Assembly (NCBI GenBank): GCA_014444615.1
Contig: PVXE01000018.1
Span: 246 to 64,245 of the forward strand
Direction: 5' to 3'
Length of the DNA: 64,000 nucleotides
From: Tagaea sp. CACIAM 22H2
GTDB taxonomy: Bacteria > Pseudomonadota > Alphaproteobacteria > CACIAM-22H2
The translations under genes and the position numbers were made by a program. Shown here one piece after another: positions 7,110 through 17,324 of the stretch. The number at the start of each line of letters is the position of its first letter. Within the stretch, counting starts at the first letter, position 1. The notes beneath the pieces are model-generated. The model was not told the origin of the DNA. It did no database searches and saw nothing but the letters and a program-made list of their open reading frames with translations.

Positions 7110-8573
7110 TTAGGAAGCGCTCCAGGGCAACGAATAGGTCTTCACGTTGGTGAAGGACTTCATCGCTTCGACGACGCCTTCCTTGTAGCCGAGTCCCGAA
7201 TCCTTGATGCCGCCGAAGGGCGACATTTCGATGCGATAGCCGGGCACTTCCCAGATATTCACGGTGCCGACGTTGAGTTCCTTGATGAAGCGATTGATAT
7301 GATCGAGGCGCCAAGTGCACACACCCGACGACAGACCGTATTTGGTCGAGTTCGACACGCGGATCGCATCGTCGATATCCTTGACGCGCACGACCGGGAT
7401 CACGGGCCCGAACGTCTCCTCGCGCACCAACTCGCAATCGTACGGCACGTGGTCGACGACCGTCGGCGGATACAAGGCGCCTTGCCGGTTGTTGCCGTGC
7501 AGCAGCTTCGCGCCCAGCCCCACCGCGTCGATCACGCGCTTTTCGAAGCTCTGCGCCGCGCGCTCGTGGATCACCGTGCCGATATCGGTTTCGGGATCCA
7601 TCGGGTCGCCAGATTTTAGCTTCTTGGCATGGACCATGATGCGCTCGACCAGCTTGTCGGCGATGCTGTCGACCGCGAGGATGCGCTTGACGGCCGTGCA
7701 GCGCTGGCCCGAATTCTTGGTCGCACCGGCGACCGCGAGTTCGGCGGCTTTATCCGGATCGGCGTCGTCGAGCACGATCAGCGGATCGTTGCCGCCGAGT
7801 TCCAGCACCACGCGCCGATACCCGGCCTTCTGCGCGATCATCTTGCCGACCGCGACCGAACCGGTGAACGTCACCAGATCGATATTCGGATCGGTGATCA
7901 TCGCGTCGCCCAGATCGGCGGGCGAACCGGTGACGACCGACAGCATTTCGGGCGGCAGACCGGCTTCGTAGAGAATGTCGGCCAGCGCCAACGCCGTCAG
8001 CGGCGTCAGCTCCGTCGGCTTCAGCACCACGCGGTTATTGGTCGCGATCGCGGGCGCGATCTTGTGCGAGACCATGTTGAGCGGGTGGTTGAACGGCGTG
8101 ATCGCCGAGATCACGCCCTGCAACGGTTCGCGCAGCGTGTGTATGCGGCGCGCCTTGCCGTGCGGGGTGATATCGCAGGCGAAGGTCTCGGCGTCCTCGC
8201 GGATCGCGAGCTGGCCCGACAGCGTATAGACGTCGTAGGCGCGGCCCACTTCGTAATACGAGTCCTTCAGGCTCAAGCCGCTTTCGGCGGTGATGATGCG
8301 CGCCAGCATCTCCTTGCGCGCCGCGATCAACTCGCCCGTCTTCATCAGGATCTTCTGGCGCTCGTAGCGGGTGAGCTTGGGCTTATAGGCCGCCGCGATC
8401 TTGAACGCCTCGGCGACTTGCGCGGCACTGGCGCGCGGCACCGTGCCGACGACGGCGCCGGTATAGGGATCGAACACGTCGAGCGTGCCGAGATCGCCCG
8501 CGACCTTCTTGCCGGCGATGCGCAAGGATTCCGCGCGGAACTCGATGCGGGGGAACTTCACTGGGGCGTTCAT
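7110..8573 (-). CDS. phnY: Phosphonoacetaldehyde dehydrogenase
   Basis: ALDH motifs ITPFNHP, FTGS, LELGGND, SGQRC and EETFGP. True start MNAPVKF at 8573 overlaps the phnA stop (ATGA). phnWA context. Confidence 0.92.
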   Translation of the reverse strand: MNAPVKFPRIEFRAESLRIAGKKVAGDLGTLDVFDPYTGAVVGTVPRASAAQVAEAFKIAAAYKPKLTRYERQKILMKTGELIAARKEMLARIITAESGLSLKDSYYEVGRAYDVYTLSGQLAIREDAETFACDITPHGKARRIHTLREPLQGVISAITPFNHPLNMVSHKIAPAIATNNRVVLKPTELTPLTALALADILYEAGLPPEMLSVVTGSPADLGDAMITDPNIDLVTFTGSVAVGKMIAQKAGYRRVVLELGGNDPLIVLDDADPDKAAELAVAGATKNSGQRCTAVKRILAVDSIADKLVERIMVHAKKLKSGDPMDPETDIGTVIHERAAQSFEKRVIDAVGLGAKLLHGNNRQGALYPPTVVDHVPYDCELVREETFGPVIPVVRVKDIDDAIRVSNSTKYGLSSGVCTWRLDHINRFIKELNVGTVNIWEVPGYRIEMSPFGGIKDSGLGYKEGVVEAMKSFTNVKTYSLPWSAS

Positions 8574-9817
8574 GCGGGCACCTTTTCGGCGACACGGTTG
8601 AAGGCGAAATCGAACGCGTCGAAATTGCGGTAGGTCCGCCCGGCGTCGACCGTCAGCTTGCGATTGGAAATCAGCGGCACGTTCTGCTCCGACACGCCGC
8701 CATGCGAGCGCAACGGCTCCTTGAGGCCCGAAAGATCGTGGCGCTCGACGCTGGTGCCGACCGTGACATGCTTCGACGACACGACGACCAGCTCGCCCAA
8801 ACGATCCGGCGGCAATTGGAACTTCGCCGCCGCCTCGTCCTTGGTCAGCACGCTGTCGATGCCCTTGATCGCCACGATATGCCGCGCGATTGCGGCCTTG
8901 TCGGCGTTCGCGGGCAGATAGACGACGGCGTAGGAGCCCAGCGCCCCGTGATGCACGACGTAAGGATCGGTAATCGGCAGGATCACCCGCGCGGCGGCTT
9001 TGCCGAGCAGATCGTCGAGCGCGTCCTGTAAATAGACGACGACGGGCTTGCCGTCGGCACCGTGCTTGGCGTTCATGCCGTGATCGGCGGTGACGACGAT
9101 CGTCGCCCCCATCGCATCGAGGCGCGCCAGATACGAATCCATCATCGCGTAGAAATCGTCGGCGACCGGCGTGCCGGGCGCGTGCTTGTGCTGGATGTAA
9201 TCGGTCGTCGACAGATACATCACGTCGGGCCGCATCGATTCCATCAGCTTGACGCCGGCGGCGAACACGAATTCCGACAAGCCCGCCGAATAGACGTCCG
9301 GCACGCCCATGCCGACGAAAGCGTTGACGCCTTCGATGCCGTTTTCGGCGAGCGTCGCCTTGTCGGATTTCTCGGACGAGAAGCAAACCGCCTTGCCCGG
9401 CGCCATTTTCACGCCGTGGCCCAGCAACGCGCGCAGCTTGTCCTTCGCCGTCACGATGGCGAGCGTTTTGCCGAGTTCCTGCAGCTTCTGGAACAGCGTG
9501 GGCGCGCGCAGGAATTTGGGATCGTTCATCATCACTTCCTTGCCCGTGTCGGGGTCGAGGAAGTAATTGCCCGAAATCCCGTGCACCGACGGCGGTGCGC
9601 CGGTGACGATCGACAGATTGTTCGGGTTGGTGAAGCTCGGCACCACGCAATGGCCGATCAACGCCGTGCCGTTTTCGAAGCAGCGCTTGAAGAAAGGCGC
9701 GCGGCCCTTGGCGATCGCCGCTTCGATATAGCCGGGCTCCGAGCCGTCGACGCAAACGACGACCACCGGATTCGGGGGCAGCGCGTAAGCGCGGCCGTTG
9801 ACGTCCATCTTGCCCAT
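8570..9817 (-). CDS. phnA: Phosphonoacetate hydrolase
   Basis: [49 protein letters not shown] and LRSHGG motifs. Confidence 0.95.
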   Translation of the reverse strand: MGKMDVNGRAYALPPNPVVVVCVDGSEPGYIEAAIAKGRAPFFKRCFENGTALIGHCVVPSFTNPNNLSIVTGAPPSVHGISGNYFLDPDTGKEVMMNDPKFLRAPTLFQKLQELGKTLAIVTAKDKLRALLGHGVKMAPGKAVCFSSEKSDKATLAENGIEGVNAFVGMGVPDVYSAGLSEFVFAAGVKLMESMRPDVMYLSTTDYIQHKHAPGTPVADDFYAMMDSYLARLDAMGATIVVTADHGMNAKHGADGKPVVVYLQDALDDLLGKAAARVILPITDPYVVHHGALGSYAVVYLPANADKAAIARHIVAIKGIDSVLTKDEAAAKFQLPPDRLGELVVVSSKHVTVGTSVERHDLSGLKEPLRSHGGVSEQNVPLISNRKLTVDAGRTYRNFDAFDFAFNRVAEKVPA

Positions 9818-9826
9818 GTCAGCTCC

Positions 9827-10996
9827 TTACTCGGCCGCCTGCGATTGCGCCGGCGCGCCGCTCGCCACACCCATTTCGGCGAGCGTCGCGGCGATCGCCG
9901 CGAGCACGCCCTTGATCTGGCTTTCGTCGATCCGGCCGATGCAACCGATGCGGAAAGAATCCGCCACGGTCAGCTTGCCCGGATAGATCACGTAGCCCTG
10001 ATCCTTCAGGCGATCATAGAAGCTCTGGAAGACAAATTTGTTATCGGCGGGCATGCGCACCGTCACGATGATCGGCGCCTGCACCGCGTCGGGCAGCAGG
10101 GTGACGAAGCCCATTTTGCGCAGGCCTTCGACCAGCACGCGGCAGTTGTTCGCGTAGCGTTTGCCGCGACCCGAAACGCCGCCTTCGGCCGCGTGCTCGT
10201 CCAGCGCCTTGGCCAGCGACATGATGGTGTGGATCGGTGGGGTAAAACGCCACTGGCCGGTCCGCTCGAAACCCTGCCATTGGTCGTGCAGGTCGAGCAC
10301 CAAAGTCGTCGCGTTGCCCTTGGTCTCGGCCAGCGCCGCCTTGTCGCAAACGACGAAGCCGAGGCCCGGCACGCCCTCGAGATTCTTGTTCGACGACGCG
10401 GCCAGCGCGTCGTAGCGGCAAGCCTTGGAGAGCGAAAGCGCGCCGAAGGCGCTCATCGCGTCGATCAGCAAACGGCGCCCGTGCTTGGCGGTGATCTCGG
10501 CGAGCGCGTCGATGGGGTTCAGCACGCCCGACGTCGTTTCGCATTGGACCGCGAACACATGGGTGATCGACTTGTCCTTGGCGAGCGCTGCGTCCAACAC
10601 GGCGGGATCGATTGGCTTGTCTTCCGGGAAATCGATCGTGACGACCGCGCGGCCGGCGATCTCCGCGATGCGCTTGGCGCGTACGCAATAAGCGCCGTTG
10701 TTGCAGATCAGCATTTTGCCGGTCTTCGGCACGAAGCTGGTGATCATCGCTTCGACTGCAAACGTGCCCGAGCCCTGCACCGGCACCGTCACGTGGCTGT
10801 CGGCGCGCTCGGCGATTTCCGCGATCCGGCGCAGCACGCCCTTATTGGCTTCCAGGAACACGGCGTCGCGGCTGCCCCAATCGTGCAGCATCGCCTCCTT
10901 GACCGCCTTCGACGTGGTCAGCGGGCCGGGGGTGAGCAGCAGCTTGTCGCCGGTTTGCGAAAGACCCTGGGGGACTTGGGGTGGCACGTTGGACAT
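9827..10996 (-). CDS. phnW: 2-aminoethylphosphonate--pyruvate transaminase
   Basis: LLLTPGPLTT, DWGSRD, CETTSG, DAMSAFG, SSNK and QWRFTPP. ATG at 10996 has a GGAGGG SD. Confidence 0.95.
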   Translation of the reverse strand: MSNVPPQVPQGLSQTGDKLLLTPGPLTTSKAVKEAMLHDWGSRDAVFLEANKGVLRRIAEIAERADSHVTVPVQGSGTFAVEAMITSFVPKTGKMLICNNGAYCVRAKRIAEIAGRAVVTIDFPEDKPIDPAVLDAALAKDKSITHVFAVQCETTSGVLNPIDALAEITAKHGRRLLIDAMSAFGALSLSKACRYDALAASSNKNLEGVPGLGFVVCDKAALAETKGNATTLVLDLHDQWQGFERTGQWRFTPPIHTIMSLAKALDEHAAEGGVSGRGKRYANNCRVLVEGLRKMGFVTLLPDAVQAPIIVTVRMPADNKFVFQSFYDRLKDQGYVIYPGKLTVADSFRIGCIGRIDESQIKGVLAAIAATLAEMGVASGAPAQSQAAE

Positions 10997-11023
10997 GGAT
11001 TCCCTCCGAAATACGGACGGATC

Positions 11024-11086
11024 ATCGCCTTGCCCTATCCATAGGTCCAATACATAATAACAATGTTTCAAATCGGAATTATCTAT
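11024..11086. promoter_or_regulatory. Two LysR-type T-N11-A boxes in the phnW/lysR divergent region
   Basis: ATCG-N7-CTAT at both 11024-11038 and 11072-11086. Confidence 0.65.
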
Positions 11087-11088
11087 AG

Positions 11089-11961
11089 ATGAACCCCATC
11101 TTGCTGCGCGCGTTCTGGCTGGTCGCAAAGGAAGGCGGATTCAGCCGCGCCGCCCGCAAGGCGCGCGTCAGCCAGCCCACCTTGTCGGCGCAGGTGAAGG
11201 CGCTGGAGCAGCGCTATGCGACACCCTTATTCGTGCGCCAGGGCCGCGCCATTCGCCTGACACCCGCCGGGCGGCGCTTGCTGGATGTGGCCGAGCGCTA
11301 CATGGCGTTGGCGGACGAAGCCGAGGCGGCGATCAAAGGCGCTTCGGGCGGGGCGCGCGTGTTCTTGAACGTCGCGGCGGACGGGCCCGGCCCCGCCTTG
11401 GCGGTACTGAAATCCTGGCGCGCCACCCTGCCCGATCTCGGCTTCGCGCTGGCGATCGGCAATTCCGAGGAAGTGGCGCGCAAGCTGCTGGCTTACGAAG
11501 CCGATGTCGGCATTCTGGCGAAGGCCATCGCCGATCCGCGTTTGACGTTGGAACCGTTGAAGCGCGATCGGCTGGTCGCCTTCGTGCCGATCGACGATCC
11601 ACGCGCCAAGCGCAAACGCCTGCGCCTAGCCGAAGTCGCGGCGGGCCCGGTGATCCTGCGCGAACGTGGATCTGTCACGCGCGAACGTTTCGAGACGGGG
11701 CTCGCCGCCGCACGGCTGCAACTCGGGCCCGCGGTCGAAGTCGCCACGCGCGAAGGGGTGGCCGAAGCTGTCGCCGCCGGGTTCGGCATCGGGCTCGTTT
11801 TCGAATCCGAGCTCGCCCCCGATCCGCGTTTCGCCAAGCTGACGTTTTCCGACGCGGCGCTCGACGTGGGCGAATACCTCGCCTGCCTTGCCGAGCGGCG
11901 GCGCCAGCCCGCCATCGACGGGTTTTTCGCGGCGGCGGCCGAACTCTTCGGACGAAATTGA
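11089..11961 (+). CDS. LysR-family regulator associated with aminoethylphosphonate catabolism
   Basis: FSRAA..SQPTLSAQVKALE HTH and a LysR substrate domain (RERGSVTR); divergent from phnW. Confidence 0.92.
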   Translation: MNPILLRAFWLVAKEGGFSRAARKARVSQPTLSAQVKALEQRYATPLFVRQGRAIRLTPAGRRLLDVAERYMALADEAEAAIKGASGGARVFLNVAADGPGPALAVLKSWRATLPDLGFALAIGNSEEVARKLLAYEADVGILAKAIADPRLTLEPLKRDRLVAFVPIDDPRAKRKRLRLAEVAAGPVILRERGSVTRERFETGLAAARLQLGPAVEVATREGVAEAVAAGFGIGLVFESELAPDPRFAKLTFSDAALDVGEYLACLAERRRQPAIDGFFAAAAELFGRN

Positions 11962-11971
11962 CTCAAATCAT
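11958..11971 (+). promoter_or_regulatory. FNR/FixK box upstream of hemN
   Basis: TTGAC-TCAA-ATCAT against consensus TTGAT-N4-ATCAA; centred 41.5 nt upstream of the hemN ATG. Confidence 0.75.
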
Positions 11972-12005
11972 TTCGTTACGCGCCAAGCGCACGTAATCGG
12001 GTTGC

Positions 12006-13367
12006 ATGTTGTCCCCCGAAGCCCTGACTTTGGCCGAGGCCAAAGTCCCCCGCTACACGAGCTACCCGACCGCGCCGCATTTCTCGCCCGCGATCGGCGC
12101 GGCCCATGCCAGCCGCTGGATGGCCGCGATCGACGACACGCATCCCGTGTCGATCTATATCCACGTGCCGTTTTGCGAGAAACTTTGCTGGTATTGCGGC
12201 TGCAATACCTCGATCGCGTCGAAATACGAGCCGGTCCGCCATTACTTCGAAACGCTGCTGAAGGAGATTGCGCTTGCGCGCCGGACGATCGGCCGCCGCC
12301 TGCGCGCGGGCCACGTGCATCTGGGCGGCGGCACGCCCAACGCGCTGAACGCCGCCGATCTCGCCGCGCTTGCGCGGGCGTTGCGCGAAGCCTTCCGTTT
12401 CGACGCCCAAACGCGCTTCGAAGTCGAGATCGATCCGCGCACGTTGGACTATTCCCAGATCGCCGCGTTGAAGGAAGCCGGCGTCACGCGCGCCAATCTC
12501 GGCATTCAGGATTTCGATCCCCGCGTGCAGAAGGCGATCAATCGCGTGCAGAGTTTCGAACTGGTCGCCGACAAACTCGCCAAGCTGCGCGCGGCCGGGA
12601 TCGCCAGTATCGGCATGGATCTGATCTACGGCCTGCCGCATCAATCCGCCGACACGATCGAAGCGACGATCGACCAATCGGCGGAGCTGGGGGCCGAGCG
12701 CATCGCGTTGTTCGGCTACGCGCATGTGCCGTGGATGAAGCCGCATCAGAAGCTGCTGGAGCCCGAGGGCCTGCCCGGCATGCGCGAGCGCATGGCGCTG
12801 GTCGAGGCCGCGCATCAGCGCTTGGCCGCGCGCGGCTACACGCGCATCGGCATCGACCATTTCGCCTATCCCGACGACGAAATGACGCGGGCCCTGCGCG
12901 AGGGAAGGCTGCGGCGTAATTTCCAAGGCTATACGACCGATATGGCCGACACGCTGATCGGCTTCGGCCCGTCGGCGATTTCCGCCTACGCGCAAGGCTA
13001 CGCGCAGAATCACACACGTCTCGACCAATGGCGCGACGCGGTCGACCGCGCGCTCGTGCCCGTCGCGCGCGGCATCCAGATCACCGACGAGGATCGCCTG
13101 CGCCGCGCGGTCATCGAACGGCTGATGTGCGATATGGAGGCCGATCTCGACGCGATCTGCCGTTCGCATAATGCGGCGAGCCACGCGCTCGACCATTTCC
13201 GCGACGAAATCGGCCGCCTCGATTTCATGGTACGCGGCGGATTGGTCACGATCGACGGCACCAAACTCGCCATCCCCGAGGCCGCGCGAAACTTCGTACG
13301 CGTCGTCGCGTCGGTGTTCGATCAATATATCGAGAACAGCAAGGCGAAGCATTCGGTTGCCGTGTAG
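12006..13367 (+). CDS. hemN: Oxygen-independent coproporphyrinogen III oxidase (radical SAM)
   Basis: PRYTSYPTA, HVPFCEKLCWYCGC, GGGTP and RNFQGY. Confidence 0.96.
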   Translation: MLSPEALTLAEAKVPRYTSYPTAPHFSPAIGAAHASRWMAAIDDTHPVSIYIHVPFCEKLCWYCGCNTSIASKYEPVRHYFETLLKEIALARRTIGRRLRAGHVHLGGGTPNALNAADLAALARALREAFRFDAQTRFEVEIDPRTLDYSQIAALKEAGVTRANLGIQDFDPRVQKAINRVQSFELVADKLAKLRAAGIASIGMDLIYGLPHQSADTIEATIDQSAELGAERIALFGYAHVPWMKPHQKLLEPEGLPGMRERMALVEAAHQRLAARGYTRIGIDHFAYPDDEMTRALREGRLRRNFQGYTTDMADTLIGFGPSAISAYAQGYAQNHTRLDQWRDAVDRALVPVARGIQITDEDRLRRAVIERLMCDMEADLDAICRSHNAASHALDHFRDEIGRLDFMVRGGLVTIDGTKLAIPEAARNFVRVVASVFDQYIENSKAKHSVAV

Positions 13368-13416
13368 CGCGGGCGCAGCGCATGATGGGGGACCATCTAG
13401 CTAGGACCCGCATGCC

Positions 13417-14829
13417 ATGACCCGCGAAGCCGCCATCGCCGCCGCCGAAACCTATTTCGATCAGGGCGGTTTCAAGACCGATCTCGCAAGGCGCGTGGCG
13501 TTCAAGACCGAAAGCCAGAATCCGGATCGCGCCGGCGAACTCGCGCGCTATCTGGAAGCGGAGATGGTGCCCACGCTGGCGAAGCTCGGCTTCGACTGCC
13601 GGATTCTGACCCACGCCAAAGCCAAGGGCCCGTTCCTGCTGGCCAGCCGCATCGAAGATCCAGCACTCCCCACCGTGTTCGGCTACGGCCATGGCGACGT
13701 GATCCGCGGCCTCGAGGATCAATGGCGCGCGGGCCTGTCGCCCTGGGAATTGAAGGACGAAGGCGATCGCTGGTACGGGCGGGGTACTGCCGACAACAAA
13801 GGCCAGCATTCGATCAATATCGGCGCGCTGGCTGCCGTGCTCGCCACGCGCGGCAAGCTTGGCTTCAACGCCAAATATCTGATCGAGATGGGCGAGGAAA
13901 CCGGCTCGCCCGGCTTGCGCGAAGTGTGCGAGGACAACAAGGCGCTGTTCGCGGCCGACATGCTGCTCGCCTCCGACGGGCCGCGCTTGCGCGCCGAACG
14001 CCCGACGATCTTCCTGGGCTCGCGCGGCGCCTTCAATTTCGACATCTGGATCGACGCGCGCGAAGGCGGCCATCATTCGGGCAATTGGGGCGGCCTCATC
14101 TCCAATCCCGGTTTGCAACTCGCCCACGCGATTTCGACCATCGCGGGCCCGACCGGTCAGATCCGCATTCCCGAATGGGTGCCGAGCGAGTTGCCCGATT
14201 CCGTGCGCCGCGCGCTGGCCGATTGCGAGGTCGATGGCGGCGAAGACGGCCCGGCGATCGAGGAATGGTGGGGCGAGCCGGGGCTGACGCCGTCCGAGCG
14301 CGTCTTCGGCTGGTGCTCGTTCGAAGTGTTGGCCTACGAGACCGGCAATCCGCGCAACCCGGTGAACGCCATTCCGCCGCGCGCCTGGGCGCGCTGCCAG
14401 TTGCGCTTCGTCGTCGGCATCGATCCGCACGGCATTCTGCCGGCCCTGCGCCGGCATCTGGATCGCCACGGCTTCCCGTTCGTGAAAATCGCTTCGGCCC
14501 GCGACGTGCTGTTCGCCGCCACGCGGCTCGACCCCGATCACCCGTGGGTCAAATTCGCGGTCGATTCCATGCGCCGCACCAGCAACAAGAAGCCGGCGAT
14601 CCTGCCCAATCTGGGCGGGTCGCTGCCCAACGACGTGTTCAGCGATACGCTGGGCCTGTCGACCGTTTGGGTCCCGCATTCCTATCCGGCCTGTTCCCAG
14701 CATGCGCCCAACGAGCACATCCTGCCGGATGTCGCGCGCGAAGGGCTGCGGCTGATGGCCGGGCTTTATTGGGATTTGGGCGAAGGCGAAGCCCAGAGGA
14801 TCGCCCAAGCGACAAAAGTTAAAGCATAA
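13417..14829 (+). CDS. M20-family metallopeptidase/amidohydrolase
   Basis: YGHGDV, YGRGTADNKG, EMGEE, HSGNWGG and QHAPNEH. Confidence 0.92.
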   Translation: MTREAAIAAAETYFDQGGFKTDLARRVAFKTESQNPDRAGELARYLEAEMVPTLAKLGFDCRILTHAKAKGPFLLASRIEDPALPTVFGYGHGDVIRGLEDQWRAGLSPWELKDEGDRWYGRGTADNKGQHSINIGALAAVLATRGKLGFNAKYLIEMGEETGSPGLREVCEDNKALFAADMLLASDGPRLRAERPTIFLGSRGAFNFDIWIDAREGGHHSGNWGGLISNPGLQLAHAISTIAGPTGQIRIPEWVPSELPDSVRRALADCEVDGGEDGPAIEEWWGEPGLTPSERVFGWCSFEVLAYETGNPRNPVNAIPPRAWARCQLRFVVGIDPHGILPALRRHLDRHGFPFVKIASARDVLFAATRLDPDHPWVKFAVDSMRRTSNKKPAILPNLGGSLPNDVFSDTLGLSTVWVPHSYPACSQHAPNEHILPDVAREGLRLMAGLYWDLGEGEAQRIAQATKVKA

Positions 14830-14849
14830 TCAGTGTCTTATATGAATTC

Positions 14850-14890
14850 TTGCCGTCTTCACCGATAATTAGTAAATTTGGTTCAAATTT
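14850..14890 (+). promoter_or_regulatory. sigma70-type promoter with overlapping palindromic operator
   Basis: TTGCCG(14850)-17 nt-TAAATT(14873); inverted repeat AAATTTG-GTT-CAAATTT at 14874-14890. Confidence 0.55.
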
Positions 14891-14911
14891 TATGGGAATT
14901 GGAGTTATCCC

Positions 14912-15289
14912 ATGAAGAGCCCGGCCGCCCTGCTGACCGTTTCGTTGCTCGCCGCCACCCTCGGCGCGTGCAGCACGTCGCCGTCGATCCACGGCAACCC
15001 GCCCTTGTCGAACGCGCCGAACAAGGTGACGACCTATCTGAAGCCCTACGAGCAGGCGATCAATACGGTGATCGGCCCGGGCGTTATCATGACGACCGCG
15101 ATCATCGGGCCGCATTTCATGCCCGGCGCGTGCGACGGTTTGTGGGCGACGGGCGATCGCAAGATCATCTGCGATCTGCGCGAGCGCTATAGCGACACGC
15201 CGAAGGAAGCCAAGCCCGACCCGAACGCCAAATTCGCTTGCGTGCGCACGTTGGGCGGCAGCACCGAGTGCAATCAAATCGCCGAGTAA
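14912..15289 (+). CDS. Hypothetical lipoprotein
   Basis: Lipobox LGAC after a hydrophobic core; GGAG SD; four further cysteines. Confidence 0.8.
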   Translation: MKSPAALLTVSLLAATLGACSTSPSIHGNPPLSNAPNKVTTYLKPYEQAINTVIGPGVIMTTAIIGPHFMPGACDGLWATGDRKIICDLRERYSDTPKEAKPDPNAKFACVRTLGGSTECNQIAE

Positions 15290-15305
15290 TCGGCGTCCGA
15301 TCCCC

Positions 15306-15527
15306 TTACTTCTTCGCGTCCGGCTTCGGGATGCGCGACGGCGAAACATAGACGCTGCCCTCCAGCGGCTTGCCGGGCCCCGCGTGGAAGACGTTCGGGT
15401 TACGGGCGTTCAGCTTGTCGGCGTCCGCATTCGCCTTGGGCGGCGTCGAATTGGGACGCGTATCTTCGGCCCAAGCCGGGGCCGAAGCCAGCAGCAGCGC
15501 GGTCGCGATCACAAGAAAACGTCGCAT
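15306..15527 (-). CDS. Small exported hypothetical protein (73 aa)
   Basis: MRRFLVIATALLLASAPAWA signal peptide; GAGGA SD; this is the C-terminal part of the listed 15306..16088 ORF. Confidence 0.75.
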   Translation of the reverse strand: MRRFLVIATALLLASAPAWAEDTRPNSTPPKANADADKLNARNPNVFHAGPGKPLEGSVYVSPSRIPKPDAKK

Positions 15528-15596
15528 CGGTTCCTCTTCATCCCTCGTTAGGGTATGTGGGTGACTATACCACATCGCGCAAGGGAGCGCTCGGGG

Positions 15597-16154
15597 TTGG
15601 ACGTCGATCGGCTTATCGCGGAATACGGGGCGCTGGTGTATGCCGCGACGTTTCTGTGGACCTTCTTCGAAGGCGAAACCTTCGTGATCTTCGCGGGCGC
15701 TGCGGCGCAGCAGGAGAAGATCGCATTCCTGCCGCTGCTGCTTGCCGCGTGGTTCGGCAGCTTCTGCGGCGACCAGTTGTGGTTCTGGCTGGGCCGGACC
15801 TACGGCGTGCGGCTGCTTGCCCGCAAGCCCGCCTGGAAGCCGGGCGTGGAACGCGCGATGGGCTGGCTCGAGCGTTACGATACCTGGTTCATCCTGACCT
15901 TCCGCTTCATCTACGGCGTGCGCAATTTCGCGTCCTTCGCGATGGGTTTGGCGCGCATCGATCCGTTGCGCTTCGCGGCGTTGAATTTCGTTGCGGCTTT
16001 CGTTTGGGCGATCCTGTTCGCGGGCGGCGGCTATCTGTTCGGCCACGCGCTGGAAACGGCGTTCGGCGAGCTCGCCGCGCATTTCCAATTCGCGATGCTG
16101 GGCGCCTTCGTGCTGGCGATCGCGATTCTGGTCTGGGTCAACCGGCGGAAATAG
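15597..16154 (+). CDS. DedA-family membrane protein
   Basis: FFEGET, GSFCGDQLWFWLGR and RFIYGVR motifs; TTG start after AGGGAG. Confidence 0.88.
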   Translation: MDVDRLIAEYGALVYAATFLWTFFEGETFVIFAGAAAQQEKIAFLPLLLAAWFGSFCGDQLWFWLGRTYGVRLLARKPAWKPGVERAMGWLERYDTWFILTFRFIYGVRNFASFAMGLARIDPLRFAALNFVAAFVWAILFAGGGYLFGHALETAFGELAAHFQFAMLGAFVLAIAILVWVNRRK

Positions 16155-17043
16155 ATTTCGGCGGCCGCAGCGCCAAAAACAACGCGACCATGATCGCGGC
16201 CATCGCCGCGTAGTCGAGCGCGGCGAAGCGCTCGCCCGTCAGCCAGGCCGAGGACGCGACGCCCACGACCGGCACGGCCAGCAAGCCGAGTGCTGCGACC
16301 GGTGCCGGCATGATGTCGAGTGCGCGGAACCAAGCCCAATGGCAGTAGATCATCGGCACCGTCGCCGCGTAGCCGAAGCCGAGCCAGCCTTGCAGGGTCA
16401 ACCCCTGCGCCAGCCACAGATGCCCGGACAGATCGAACCAGATCAGCCCCGCGATCAGCGGCACGCCGCCCAGCGTCAATTGCCACGCGGTGGACGCCAC
16501 CACCGGCATCCGGAAATTCGCGCGCTTGGTATAGACCGTGCCCGACGCCCAGCCGGTCGCCGCCGCCAGCATCAGCGCCAAGCCGATCGGCCGATCGATC
16601 AATCCCGCGAAAGCGGGCCAGGCGAGCAGCAACAGCCCTGCCCCGCCGAAGGCGAGCGCCGCCGCGCGGCGACGGTCGAACGCCTCGCCCAGGAACAAGG
16701 CGCCGAACAGCGACACCCACATCGGCATGGTGAAGGCGATCAGCGCCGCGCGCCCCGCTTCGACATGCTGAAGCCCATAGGCGGTCGAAACGTGCCAGAT
16801 GGTGACGTTCAGAAACCCGGCGATCGCCAATTGCCGAAGCCGCCCCGGCGGCACGCGGCAATCCAAGCGCAAGCGCCACGCGATGGCGAACAGGCCCGCC
16901 GCGCCGATATAGACGCACGCCACGCGAAACACCCAGGGCGGCAGTTCCAGAACGGCGAATTTCATCGCCGGCCAATTGACGCCCCAGAAAATCGCGAGCG
17001 TCAAAAGCAGCCAGAAACCTTCGCGGGAGAGCGTGCGGTTCAA
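16138..17043 (-). CDS. DMT/EamA-family transporter
   Basis: FWGVNWPAMK and about 10 TM helices; TTG start coupled to the tusA stop. Confidence 0.88.
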   Translation of the reverse strand: MNRTLSREGFWLLLTLAIFWGVNWPAMKFAVLELPPWVFRVACVYIGAAGLFAIAWRLRLDCRVPPGRLRQLAIAGFLNVTIWHVSTAYGLQHVEAGRAALIAFTMPMWVSLFGALFLGEAFDRRRAAALAFGGAGLLLLAWPAFAGLIDRPIGLALMLAAATGWASGTVYTKRANFRMPVVASTAWQLTLGGVPLIAGLIWFDLSGHLWLAQGLTLQGWLGFGYAATVPMIYCHWAWFRALDIMPAPVAALGLLAVPVVGVASSAWLTGERFAALDYAAMAAIMVALFLALRPPKSISAG

Positions 17044-17267
17044 CCGGCCTTGCCGATCTCGAACACGAACACGCCGTCGGCTTCGGAAGCCGATTTGAGG
17101 ACATTGCCCGAGGTCTTGCAGAACGCCTCGAAATCCTTCACGGCACCCGGATCGGTCGCAAAGACCTTCAGCGTCGCGCCGGCGGGCAAACCCGCCATCG
17201 CCTTTTTGACCCGCAGGACGGGCAAGGGGCAATTCAGCCCCTTCACATCGAGTTCGGTCGTGGACAT
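17040..17267 (-). CDS. TusA/YeeD-family sulfur carrier
   Basis: LDVKGLNCPLP and ATDPGAVKDF, 75 aa. Confidence 0.92.
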   Translation of the reverse strand: MSTTELDVKGLNCPLPVLRVKKAMAGLPAGATLKVFATDPGAVKDFEAFCKTSGNVLKSASEADGVFVFEIGKAG

Positions 17268-17324
17268 CGGGCGCGACATTACGGCTTTGAAGCAGCCGCC
17301 TTCAAGCGATAGATTGCCCGCCCG

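Noticed and set aside
7110..9755. 881-aa apparent fusion containing PhnY
   Set aside because: The N-terminal 394 aa are an off-frame reading of phnA; the real start is the coupled ATG at 8573.
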